Assembly: GCF_000143415.4 (NCBI RefSeq)
Contig: NW_003314349.1
Location: 71,172 to 135,171, forward strand
Origin: Selaginella moellendorffii
Lineage: Eukaryota > Plantae > Lycopodiophyta
DNA length: 64,000 bases
Reading direction: 5' to 3'
Shown here one piece after another: positions 1-13,554 of the stretch. Positions within the stretch are counted from its first letter, which is position 1. Every line of letters starts with the position of its first letter. Position numbers and translations under genes: made by a program. The notes beneath the pieces are model-generated. The model did not search any database. It was not told where the DNA came from and was given only the letters and a program-made list of their open reading frames with translations.

Positions 1-261
1 TTTCATGGGCTTCTCTTTGTCCGTCTCGATTGATCCCAGATGGTGGTGTTCTTCCAGCGCTCATTCTTTCTGAGCTACATAACTTTAGTCTCCACACTTT
101 GTTCAAAGATTCTCGATTTCCTTAGCAAGAAGTTTGCTATCGTGCCGGCTTCTCGAACTTGGGCAGGACAACGTAGAAAATGACAAAGAACAAAGAGCTT
201 CTTATTGTTCCTCCATGTGGGGGGTTTCCGGATTGAGAGCAACAATGAATCTTCGCATTTC

Positions 262-580
262 TTCTCGTTGTGAGCGCAGTCGAGGGCCATGAGATCCTCA
301 GCAGGAGAAGCTTTCCAGAAGGCTTCGTGTTTGGAACATCGTCCGCGTCATACCAGGTAGAGCTTAGAGTTTTTCGTCATTCTTCAAGCAAAGTTTGCGT
401 TCCAATATGAAGGCGCTGTTAAAGACACACTCAACTGAAGTGGATCAGTATCATCGTTATAAGGTCCTGAAAGCTCTCTCTGGTTCTTTGCCCCGAAGAC
501 GTCGGATTGAAGGAGCCTCTATCACGTCGAGTATTGCAAAGAATTCCCACGTTGGTAACATCCACAGGAAGATCCTTTGA
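262..580 (+). pseudogene. GH1 beta-glucosidase relic (5' exons fused to last-exon remnant)
   Basis: Matches the 5' end of 8848-10956 ([23 protein letters not shown]), then jumps to sequence resembling that gene's last exon; large internal deletions. Confidence 0.85.
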
Positions 581-696
581 AATTTTTTTCTAGAAATTAG
601 CCTTTCATATTATACTCATCAGTTTAGCTTTTGTTAAAGTTTGTTCAATTTCCTTTTTATTTTAGAACAAATCAATGTTATAATTAGTCAAATTAA

Positions 697-769
697 GCGG
701 GGATAGCTCAGTTGGGAGAGCGTCAAACTGAAGATCTGAAGGTCACATGTTCGATCCACGTTCACCGCA
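697..769 (+). tRNA. tRNA-Phe(GAA), probably degenerate copy
   Basis: GCGGGGATAGCTCAGTTGGGAGAGCG...CTGAAGA...GTTCGATCC...CACCGCA followed by TTTTT. Relative to 12616 it has a mismatch in the anticodon stem (TCAAA/TCTGA) and in the T-stem (ACATG/CACGT). Confidence 0.85.
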
Positions 770-1209
770 TTTTTCGTTTCAGATGTGGAGGAAGATCGAA
801 GTTACAGCAGTATGAATCCAGCTCTAGGAAAGTAGCTTCTTCTTCTAAACTGCTTCCACACCGAGCTTATAAAAAGAAAGTGAATTTAAAACCTACAAAG
901 CTTTGAGCTTTAGAAAGAAAATCAAAAGACAACTATTCTAGAGCACGCTGGAACACAAGATCAATAGAAAAGCTTTGGCAATTTCTTACCAAAGCACCAC
1001 CTATTGCAAGAACTTATTAGAAAGTAAAACAAAAAAGAGAGACTTTAGCGTTCCAGGAAAAAGCTCATTTACTAATCATAAACCTATATAAACAGCATAA
1101 AACAAGAATTTTTTATGACGATCAAATTGATGAAAATAAAAGTCTGAGATGGCAACCACCTGTACCCTAATTTTTGACACGTAGTGCGCGACACGTAAGC
1201 GTGCGCCCT

Positions 1210-1257
1210 ATCCCACATGCGAAGGCGCAGAATCGTGCCGGGGCTTGAGTATATAAA
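1210..1257 (+). promoter_or_regulatory. Plant snRNA promoter: USE + TATA box
   Basis: ATCCCACATGCG at about -72 and TATATAAA at about -32 relative to the U2 start; matches the plant USE consensus RTCCCACATCG, and the positions fit Pol II snRNA genes. Confidence 0.85.
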
Positions 1258-1281
1258 GAGAGGGCTGGGCATAGGAAACTC

Positions 1282-1474
1282 ATACCTTTCTCGGCCTTTT
1301 GGCTAAGATCAAGTGTAGTATCTGTTCTTATCAGTTTAATAGCTGATATGGGACCACGTGTCCCAACGCTATTAACCTAATTTTTTGTGGGAGGGGGGCC
1401 ACCGGTAGCTTGCTACCCGGTCCTCCACGTGTCGCTTTGGTCTTACACTATCGCCTTAGCCTGGCACAACCCAA
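1282..1474 (+). ncRNA. U2: U2 spliceosomal snRNA (copy 1)
   Basis: ATACCTTTCTCGGCCTTTTGGCTAAGATCAAGTGTAGTATCTGTTCTT 5' end, branch-point recognition GTAGTA, Sm site AATTTTTTG, stem-loops III/IV (a few destabilising changes versus copy 2). 3' end approximate. Confidence 0.95.
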
Positions 1475-1606
1475 CCCCCCCAAATTTTAAACTCAAGAAG
1501 CATTATTAGTCTTTGTTGTGGCTTACGAACACCGGTTCTCTTGAAAGGAAACGCCCTGAAATAAAACTATGGCGAAACGCGCATCACATTTGAGGGCTGG
1601 ATTCCC

Positions 1607-2322
1607 ATGGGCCAAGTCGGTTTGCCAGCAAGCGCCATATGGTCTCGGAGAGGACGCTCGTCGAGGCGAGCATTCCAGATAAGATGTCCTGACCCAAGCT
1701 TCTTCTCGTCTGTGGTTCATAGCTTGGCGGCCGCTGAGCTCGCCATGGGGCTCCCAGAGCTCTGGAGCTCGACGTGAAGCGCTACAAGCTGCTGCTCTAC
1801 GAGGCTGGAGGACACTTCAAAAGTTCCACACGGAGAAGGAAGCTGGGATGTTTGCAACAGTGATCGTCCAGCTCGCGGTCCGCGCAGCTCCAGCAACTAC
1901 CTCTTGACTATCTTCTTTTGCGGCTGCGAGCACCAGCTCGAGGAAGTTACTGGCGGATCGAGGCTGTGCCTGGACGTGGAGTTCATTTGTGTCTTCGGTG
2001 AAAGAGCTTCTCTGGGAATGGGTCGAGAAAGGCGGCGGCGGCGTGGTGCAGAGAGCAAACGCGCCCAGAAGATCGAACGCACCCCTGATGCAACTCGCCA
2101 CGGTAAGCATCGATCTCTACTCTAGTTTTTTCCATTTCTAAGCGTTTGTGGCTTTGGCAATAGCGTGCGGCGAGGCCGAGGACTCAAGAGGAAGATGATG
2201 ATAGCTACGATGACGATGACTCATATGCATACTTTCTCAACCGCGAGGAGTAGCACTTGGCGATCCCGCTGGCTCACCAAGACTAGCCTCTCGTTTGCCG
2301 GGCTCAAGGGCCACGACCGAGA
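1607..2322 (+). pseudogene. Microbial-type 2OG-Fe(II) dioxygenase relic (copy 1)
   Basis: Frameshifted motifs in order: GQVGLP, QAPYGLGE.TLVEASI, YKLLLYEAGGHF, H-TEKEAGMFATVIVQL, FFCGCEHQLEEVTGGSRLCL, LAIPLAH..KTSLSFAGLKGHDR; putative 61-nt GT-AG intron at 2103-2163. Confidence 0.75.
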
Positions 2323-2381
2323 ACTTTTCTCGCTGCGATCAAGGCTTGCGGCTGCTGTGCAGAGGGGAGGCTGTGGAGATC

Positions 2382-5300
2382 TGTAGGAATAATGATGAAC
2401 ACGACAAGCAGTCCGAATCGTGATCAGATCTCTAGTGATTTCCGATTTGATTGAAGTTGTATATATATACAGCCATATATGAATCAAGGTGTGTGTGTTG
2501 AAGTGAAATTCGTTGTTCTTGCTCCGCTTTTCTTTCTTGGTATCGGAGCTTAGTTTCTGAACTCTTTCTTCTCCTTTCTTTGTGCCTCACATCATGAGCT
2601 GCAGCAAAGTTGGATTGATCTTGCTTCATGCCTTTGATGGGAGGAGAGGGTTCAACACCTGGTCCGAGAAAATGATGCGCGTGCTGCAGATGGAAGAACT
2701 CTGGGAAATCGTTTCACCACCGACAATCGCTGCAGATGCTCGTACGCGGCGAGCCCTTGCTGCATCGGGAGCTTCAACTTTGGTGGAAGGAGAAGTCGTG
2801 GATGAAGAGGCAATTCGTGCCTCTGTTGCAGCAGCTCGACAACAGCTTGATCCAGGGGAATAAGCTGTGCTGGAGAAGAAGGAATCTCGAGCAAAAGGAT
2901 TGATTCTTTCTAAGCTTGCAGATGCCCTTATGATGCGTTTGCGTCATAAGTGTGCTTCTGAGATCTGGGCTCATCTCCACAACAAGTATGCTGTTCTTTC
3001 CCTCTCCAAGATTAGCATGGTCGAGACTTGCATTCGTGAGACCCGTTTTCATCCAGGCGAGAACTTTGAAGAGTTCCTCGCCGAGATGCAAGATCTGTGG
3101 ATGGAGCTTGAAGGCAGTCCAGCAGCGTTCAACGAAAGCAAGAAAGTTCTGGCACTTTGCGAGGCCATGCAAGATTCATCTTTTAGTTCTTTCATCCCTA
3201 CCGTTCGCATGATGTCGCTCAACTTTGAACAAGCTGAGCAAACTTTATGCTCGGAGCTGGCTGCGAGAGGTTTGATTGTGGACTTTGATCAGAGGCCTTC
3301 CCATGTTTTGATCTCACAGTCTACATCAAATGCTTCTGCATCAATCAATCAATCAATCAGGGACTGATTCAGCTCTGTGGGCTGGAAATCATCGAGGCAG
3401 AGGAGGCCACGGAAGAGGAGGATGAGGCAGAGGTCACGGGTTTAGGAGAAATCCGCAGCAGCAGCAGAATTCAGGGAATTCTGGTAAAGAAGCAGTAGTT
3501 TGGGATTGTTTTGTGGGCAAAAACAAACAGGAATGTTGGACTTGTGGGATGCCAGGACACTACTCCAAGGATTGCCCAGTTGCAGCTTGGCTGCAGCGCA
3601 TGAACATAGGGCTCGCAGCAAATGCTCAGGAAGGGGAAACACAGGAACTTGCGGCATCATCTGAGGTAGCAGTTCCAAATGTTTCTGAAAAACTGACCAT
3701 CGATTCAGGTTCAGAGAGACACCTGATGCAAAGCGGGTCAAACTTTGTGCAGTTGCGTGCTGCAAAAGGGAAGTGCATTCGTGTGGGAGATGGAAGCATT
3801 TTATTTGTTTATGCAACTAGGGATGTGCGAGTTCCACTGGGAAGAAAGTCTTTGCTCTTGAAGAATGCATGGTATGTTCCAAAGATAGTGAAGAATTTGG
3901 TTTCTGTAGCCAGGCTTACGGATGAAGGTCTGGATGTGAATTTCTCCAAACATCAATGTCAAGTTCTTGCAAATGGCCGTCCATTACTACATTTTCCCAG
4001 ATGTGGTAACCTGTTTGAGAAGGAGATAGCTTTTGGAGAAAAATTGAATGCTCCTGAGATATGCATAACTGCAGATAGTTCTCTCTGGCATTCTCGACTT
4101 GCACATGCCAATCCCCCTCTCATCAGGCATATGCAGAAGCAGGAGCTTGTGGATGGCTTCAACGACCACGTTCTTCAAAGTTTAGCAAAATGTCACACTT
4201 GCATTCTTGGCAAGCAAACCCGTCGTACTTTCAAACCTGTTGTGATCAAAAGCACTCGTCCCTTGCAGCTCATTCACTCAGATGTTTGTGGACCCATGCG
4301 ACTGTTTGCTCGAATGGCACGAAGTATTTTGTGACATTTACAGATGATTTCTCCAGGCACACGGACGTCTTCTTTCTTCGTCACAAAGATGAAGTCTTCA
4401 GCAAATTCAAGCAATTCATAGTAGAAGCCGAAGTGAAAACTAGTCAGAGGGTTGGTTGTTTACATACTGATTCAGGAGGGGAATACGTCAACAAGTCCTT
4501 TCAGCAGTTCTGTGCTGAACGAGGAATTCTTCATCAGTGCTCTTGCTCTCATACCCCTCAACAGAATGGAGTCTCTGAGCGCAAGAATAGGACAATCATG
4601 AACGTAGTTCGGTGCTTCCTTCAAGAATCAGGACTACCAAAATTCCTCTGGGCTGAAGCAGTCAGATCAACTGTGCATGTTCAAAACCTTCTCCCTCATT
4701 CTCGCAATCCCAACAAGATCCCAGAAGAGCTTTGGACTGGTCAAAGACAATCGGTGGTGCATCTCAAGCGTTTTGGTTGTTTAAGCTTTGCAAAAAGGGT
4801 GGATGAGCATCTCAGCAAGTTGGAGAGCAGAAGCAAGCTGGCCTTTCTTGTTGGATACGATTCCAATTTAAAAGGATATCGCCTGTACCAGCCTGGTAAT
4901 CATCAAATTTTTGTAAGCACTGATGTTCGTTTTGATGAAAGAACAATCTACAAAGATCATGTTCAAGAAGAAGGAAGCTCAGATCAAAACATGAACTAGA
5001 CTCCGGAAGAATGGAGTTGGGATGGCGTTGAAGATGGTGATGAAGATGACGATGATCTGACAATCATCTATCCCTCATCTCCTTTAGCAAACAATCATCC
5101 AACACCAGTCTCTGGATCTTTTCTTTCTGAAGAACAGGGCGATGTTGCTCATCGTGCACGAACTGGAGAAGTCGACAGGCTCACACGTCATCTACCATTC
5201 AATGTGGAGAACTATGGGCGGACATCATCTAGATGATCAAGCAGAGCACCTCATCCCAAGCAATGGTCTTTTGCAGCAACAGAAATAGCTTTTGAACCAG

Positions 5301-7021
5301 TCAACTTTGAGCAAGCGATTTAAGCTCCTGATGCAGATAAGTAGATTTCAGCAATGCAAGATGAGTTGAATTTTCTTGATGAGAACCAGACTTATGACTT
5401 GGTGGAAGCTCCTGAAGGACGTGAAGTTGTTGGATCACGCTGGGTGTTCAAACTTCACAGAAATCTTGATGGATCGGTATAGCGTTACAAAGCAAGACTT
5501 GTTGCTCAAGGATATTCACAAGTTCCTGGAGTGGATTTTGATGAGACGTTCTCACCAATTGTGAAGCAGACAAGTATCAGAATGCTTATAACTTTTACAG
5601 CGGAGTTTGGTTTGTGCGCACATCACATGGACGTAAAAACAGCCTTCCTTAATGGGAACTTGAAGGAGGAGATATTTATGCGGCAACCCCTAGGCTTTGA
5701 GTTTTTTGGATTACAGTGCTCCGAACTTGTCTGCAAGCTTTGCAAGGCTCTTTATGGCCTTAAGCAGGCTTCCCGTCAGTGGTATGAATGTTTGGATTCT
5801 TTTCTTATGGATCTCGGTATGCAGAGGTTGAACAGCGATGGAAATCTATATCTTCTTCAGCAGGGTGATCACTTTGTTGTGAGAGCAGTTTATGTGGACG
5901 ACTGTTTGATTGTCAGCAACAATGACACTGTTTTGAAGGATGTGAAGATCAAGCTTATGAACAGGTTTGTGATGAAGGACTTAGGAGCTGTGTGGCAGCT
6001 GTTAGGGATGGAAGTTGACAGGGATGAAGCAGACAGGACAATCACCCTCACACAGCGCCAATATGTGAAGAAGCTTCTCAACCAGTTCAACATGACAAGT
6101 TGCAAATCCGTGGCTACACCAGTCGTCACTGGCATCAAGTTCACAAGCAAGATGGATGATTTATTTGATCAGCCCTCAGTCTACCGATCGCTTGTTGGAG
6201 GACTACTCTACCTCGCCAACATGACTCGCCCTGACATCTCCTTTGCCGTTGGTCTCCTCAGCCAATACATGCAGTCTCCGAGTTGTTATCATTGGCAGAT
6301 GGCGAAGAGAGTTTTGAGGTATTTGAAAGGAACAGCTGCTCATGGACTGGTTTACAAATGCTCAGGTCAATCCAAATTTGTTCTTCAAGCTTACTGCGAT
6401 GCAGATTGGGCTGGCAACTTGGATACACGACATTCAGCCTCCGGAATTTGCTGCATAATTGCTGGTGCTCCAGTTTCATGGGGAAGCAAGAAGCAAACGA
6501 CAGTTGCTCTTTCCAGTGCATAAGTAGAATACATAGCTGCCAGTACAGCAGCAAGGGAGATCATCTGGCTTCGTTGATTACTTGGAGAACTCAATCAACA
6601 GTAATCAAATGTGACCATTCTGCATTGCGACAGCAGAAGTGCAATCGCCATGTCAAAGAATCCTGTGTTTCATGCTTGTACGAAACATATAGACGTGCAA
6701 CATCACTTCATTCGCGAACATGTAGCAGCCGGAGATCTTCACCTGGAATATGTTCCTTCACAATATCAGTTGGCAGACCTTCTAACCAAGCCACTTTCGG
6801 AGCTCACATTCATCAAGCTGAGGAATCAACTTGGAGTGTCAAGCACCCTCAGCTTGAAGGGGGAGTGTAGGAATAATGATGAACACGACAAGCAGTCCAA
6901 ATCGTGATCAGATCTCTGGTGATTTCCGATTTGATTGAAGTTGTATATATGTACAGCCATATATGAATCAAGGTGTGTGTGTTGAAGTGAAATCCGTTGT
7001 TCTTGCTCCGCTTTTCTTTCT
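2382..7021 (+). mobile_element. Ty1/copia LTR retrotransposon, full length but inactivated
   Basis: 156-bp LTRs 2382-2537 and 6866-7021 (4 transitions apart), TSD AGATC, iMet PBS TGGTATCGGAGC at 2538, PPT GAAGGGGGAG; gag, CCHC knuckle CWTCGMPGHYSKDC, protease IDSG, integrase, RT (YVDD) and RNase H in copia order, with stops and a frameshift. Confidence 0.97.
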
Positions 7022-7319
7022 AGATCAACTCCCGGCTTCTCTGAAGAAAGGTATGGCTCACTCCAGCGTTTTCACTCGTCAACATGTATGCAAAATCAGT
7101 GACACGCAGGGAGTTTATGATCTTTGGCTGCATCGACAACGGCCAAGACGAGCTCGCTCTGGAGCTCTTCCGGCGCATGGTGCGAGAGATCCACGAGCAA
7201 ATCCGGGACAAAGAGTCGCCGCAATGGCTCGTTTGATGCGTGTCGTGGTCCACAATACCACGTCGGATTCTCTCTCTCGCGTCCGTGGATCGAAACATCA
7301 TTTAGGGTTTCAAGTCCCA

Positions 7320-8235
7320 ATGGATTCTCGTGCATACCATTCCCTGGGAACGACCCCACTGATGTGCTTCAGAGATGTTATAGAGCTCCTGGAGTTGCGT
7401 TTGTCAAGGCGCATGCAATTGATGGCCATGAGGTATTGCAAGCACTACAGCATGACATTGCAAGACTTGGTGTTGCGACTTGTAGATTCCACAGATTTCC
7501 ACAACGATGAAGTGGCTTTGACGTGGCTTAATTATGTGTTGGTCGAGGTCAAAAAGAACGCGACCGATGAAGTGGAGGAAGTTGAAGACCTCCACGAGGC
7601 CGTAAGAGCAGTGATTATATCACAGCAAAGAGCCGAGCTGGAGGACAAAGACGAGGATTACGGATCAAACAGGATCATCAAGACAGCCTATACTTGGTCA
7701 AGACTCTGCCTGAACATCTTTCAATGCAGTGGGTATCTGCACTTGCCACAGTCGCGGAAGCAGAAATCCTTTTGGCGGCCGGTGATACAGACATATTGAG
7801 CAGTGAGCACAGCGAAACTGAGGGACAAACTTGCCGAGTACAGCAGATGGGACATGAGATTGTGCAACCAAGGAGAGCAAGTTTTCCAGAGCTTGTTCCT
7901 CATACCATTCTTGCTGGATGGTGCCCCAAGCGAAGTGGAAGCCTGGCCTTTATCGCACCAGCTGCTTTCTCCTGGAGCCTCTATAAGTCGAGTGCACACT
8001 TTGGAGCCGCCGTTCAGGAGATCACAAGTCAGGCAGCTGCTGCATGATGGAGCTTCTCCACTCAAGGAGAGGCTGGCGATTCTGGAGGATTTGGGGTTTT
8101 CCTATAGTTTCACAAATGAACTCTAGGATGTGTTTGAGGTTGGCAAAGTTTTTGACCAGAAACAGCTCAGCGCACTTGAGAAGATCTATGAGTAATACAA
8201 GACAAACACTAGCTATGGTCAAGCTAGTTTGTTAA
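7320..8235 (+). pseudogene. Disrupted copy of the orphan ORF at 14621
   Basis: Near-identical to 14621-15565 but with deletions, frameshifts and premature stops. Confidence 0.85.
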
Positions 8236-8847
8236 GTTAAGATATAGATTATTTTGCTTTGGTAAGCAATTGCCACTCCAGGAGTTGATCGATCTTTCTT
8301 TCTCTGCCACGAAACTTTCGTCTTCACAGTTTGGATTCTCAATTCTTTGGTAAGCAATTGCCAAAGTTTTCTCACGAGTTAATCGCTCTTTCTCTCTGTT
8401 CCAGGGACAAACAAGTTTCTTTCTCTAGAAATAGTTCCTTTTCCATGAAACGTGTTACTTCTCTCGTCCAGCGCTCATTCTTTCTGAAAGAGCTACGAAA
8501 GTTTAGTCTTGTTTAAAGATTCTCAATTGCTTTGGAAGGCAATTGCCAAAGCTTTTCTATTCAGCTCTTTTTTTCTCTGCGTTCCAGGGACAAACAAGCT
8601 TCTTTCGTGCTCTCTACATTTCCATGAAACGCGTTACTTCTATTTGGCCGTCTCGGTTGATCCAAGATGTGGTGTTCATTCTTCTGGAACCTCGAGAGCG
8701 ACGTAAGTTTAGTCTTCACACTTTGTTCAAAGATTATCATTTTCCTTAACCAAATGTTTGTTTACAGTATTTCTGCTCCCCCGAACTTGGACAGGACGAA
8801 GTAGAAAACGACAAATAACAGAGCTTGCGTTCCTGCGAGGCTTGGCT

Positions 8848-10956
<2,109 letters not shown>

Positions 10957-12163
10957 TGGTGCCATGTATAGTATAGTAAATTCATTGCAGTATAAAAGAG
11001 TTGTTTAACTTGTCCCTTCCGTTTAGCAAATCATACTTAATATGATAATTAGTATGATTAAGCGGGATAGTGAAGAGATTTACTAGTTTTTAGCTATCAT
11101 CACCACCATAGAAATAGAAATGTGGCTCCAAATGTAGAGTTATGGAGATAGCTTTTTGTCTATTCTTTAAATTTTGTAATTGCAAAGGTTCAGAAAAGCA
11201 GCTGATATTAATATTTGGATAGCTATCCTAGATTCAAAAATGCATACAACTAGAGTGATATATGTAACATATACGTACGAAAGGCTGAACAGAGGAAGTA
11301 CTCTTGGGATCTGGAGTCTTTTCAGCTACACAGTGCAAGTTGTAAGAATAAAGCTTGCTATCTGCAGTTAAACAACTTTGAGGAACAACTTTGGCTTGTT
11401 CTTTTGCCTAGAACTGAACTGATCTTTAGGTAGAATTAATGCCAGATTTGCACTTTGTAATGATTCTATTAGCCTGGCAAATGGAATTGTAAAATTTTTT
11501 GTATGGGATATGCATTGAAAGATTAAGAAGGTAACCAAGTTTGCAGTCAATCGCCCTCAATCTTCCACGGGGTCCGCTCTAGTATAACGGGAGAGAAGAG
11601 AAATATTTTTAGGGCTCTTGATCTGTTTCTATTGTCATAGAGCTGCTTGCGAAGTCTGAAAGTTCATCAAAATTTCGCTTAGGTGTTTGAAGAACTTGCA
11701 AGAAATATAACCGTGAATCTGGTGGAAAGTGATCAGTTTAAGAGGTCAAACACTTCTACCCAATCTCGCCGCCTTTGTCCCCCATCCGTCATGCAGGGGC
11801 GCATTCCAAAACTTGTTTGATTGTATGGAGTCACTTTGATCGTCAGTACTGCGGCAAGCGTGGGCGTAGAGAGGAGACGTCGAGCTCTCTCCCATTTTCC
11901 TGGAACGCTAGTCTCTCTTTTGTTTTGCTCAAATCAAAGTGTTGTAGCTTGTTTTGTTAAGGGTTTTACTTTAATCGACCTTTTTTTCTCTGCGTTCCAG
12001 GAACAAACAAGCTTCTTTCTTGCTCTCTAGAAACAGTGTCAAGCATTCCATTTTCATGGGCTTCTCTTTGTCCGTCTCGATTGATCCAAGAAGGTGGTGT
12101 TCTTCCAGCGCTCATTCTTTCTGAGCTTCTTATTGTTGGGGGGTTTCCGGATTGAGAGCAACA

Positions 12164-12550
12164 ATGATTGTACTAATCTTTGCATTTCTCCTCATTGTGA
12201 GCGCAGTCGAGGGCCATGAGATCCTCAGCAGGAGAAGCTTTCCAAAAGGCTTCGTGTTTGGAACATCGTCCGCGTCATACCAGGTAGAGCTTGGAGTTTT
12301 TCGTCATTCTTCAAGCAAAGTTTGCGTTTCAGTATGAAGGCGCTGTTTAAGATACACTCCAGGAAAAGTAATGGATGGAACAACTGGAGATGTTGCAGTG
12401 GATCAGTATCATCGTTATAAGGTCCTGAAAGCTCTGTCTGGTTCTTTGCTCCTGACTGTGAACGAACAGGAAGACGTCGGATTGACCGAGCCTCTATCGG
12501 AAGGACTTGCAAAGAATTCCCACGTTGGTAACATCCACAGGAAATTTCTA
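12164..12550 (+). pseudogene. GH1 beta-glucosidase relic
   Basis: Exons 1-4 remnants ([23 protein letters not shown]; [17 protein letters not shown]) joined to a last-exon remnant; most of the gene deleted. Confidence 0.88.
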
Positions 12551-12615
12551 AGTGAGTTATTCAATTTCCTTTTTTTTTTTAAGAACAAATCAATATTATT
12601 AATTAGTCAAATTAA

Positions 12616-12620
12616 GCGGG

Positions 12621-12663
<43 letters not shown>

Positions 12664-12688
12664 GCGTGTTCGATCCACGTTCACCGCA
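12616..12688 (+). tRNA. tRNA-Phe(GAA), intact
   Basis: 73-nt plant cytosolic tRNA-Phe sequence; anticodon stem TCAGA/TCTGA and T-stem pair; TTTTT terminator follows. Confidence 0.97.
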
Positions 12689-13152
12689 TTTTTCGTTTCG
12701 CATGTAGTTGTCTCTATCGAAGTTACAGCAGTATGAATCCAGCTCTAGGAAAGTAGCTTCTTCTTCTAAACTGCTTCCACACCGAGCTTATAAAAAGAAA
12801 GTGAATTTAAAACCTACAAAGCTTTGAGCTTTAGAAAGAAAATCAAAAGACAACTATTCTAGAGCACGCTGGAACACAAGATCAATAGAAAAGCTTTGGC
12901 AATTTCTTACCAAAGCACCACCTATTGCAAGAACTTATTAGAACGTAAAACAAAAAAAAGAGACTTTAGGGTTCCAGGAAAAAGCTCATTTACTAATCAT
13001 AAACCTATATAAACAGCATAAAACAAGATTTTTTTATGACGATCAAATTGATGAAAATAAAAGTCTGAGATGGCAACCACCTGTACCCTAATTTTTGACA
13101 CGTCGGCGCTCAACGTGGGTAAAGGAGTGCGCGACACGTAAGCGTGCGCCCT

Positions 13153-13200
13153 ATCCCACATGCGAAGGCGCATAATCGTGCCGGGGCTTGAGTATATAAA
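13153..13200 (+). promoter_or_regulatory. snRNA USE + TATA
   Basis: ATCCCACATGCG at 13153 and TATATAAA at 13193, same spacing as copy 1. Confidence 0.85.
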
Positions 13201-13224
13201 CAGAGGGCTGGGCAAAGAAAACTC

Positions 13225-13417
13225 ATACCTTTCTCGGCCTTTTGGCTAAGATCAAGTGTAGTATCTGTTCTTATCAGTTTAATAGCTGATATGGGACCAC
13301 GTGTCCCAACGCTATTAACCTAATTTTTTGTGGGAGGAGGGCCACCGGTAGCTTGCTACCCGGCCCTCCACGTGTCGCTTTGGCCTTACACTACCGCCTT
13401 AGCCTGGCACAACCCAA
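13225..13417 (+). ncRNA. U2: U2 snRNA (copy 2, best-paired stems)
   Basis: Canonical U2 5' end, GTAGTA, Sm site, stem III GGAGGGCC/GGCCCTCC and GGTAGC/GCTACC. Confidence 0.96.
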
Positions 13418-13554
13418 CCCCCCCAAATTTTAAACTCAAAAAGCATTGTTAGTCTTTGTTGTGGCTTACAAACATCGGTTCTCTTGAAGGAAACGCCATG
13501 AAATAAGATTATGGCGAATCGCGCATGGACACGTTTTAGGGTTTAAGAGAGGTA

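Noticed and set aside
12616-13417. Dicistronic tRNA-U2 transcript
   Set aside because: The tRNA has its own T-run terminator, and U2 has its own USE and TATA about 500 bp downstream.
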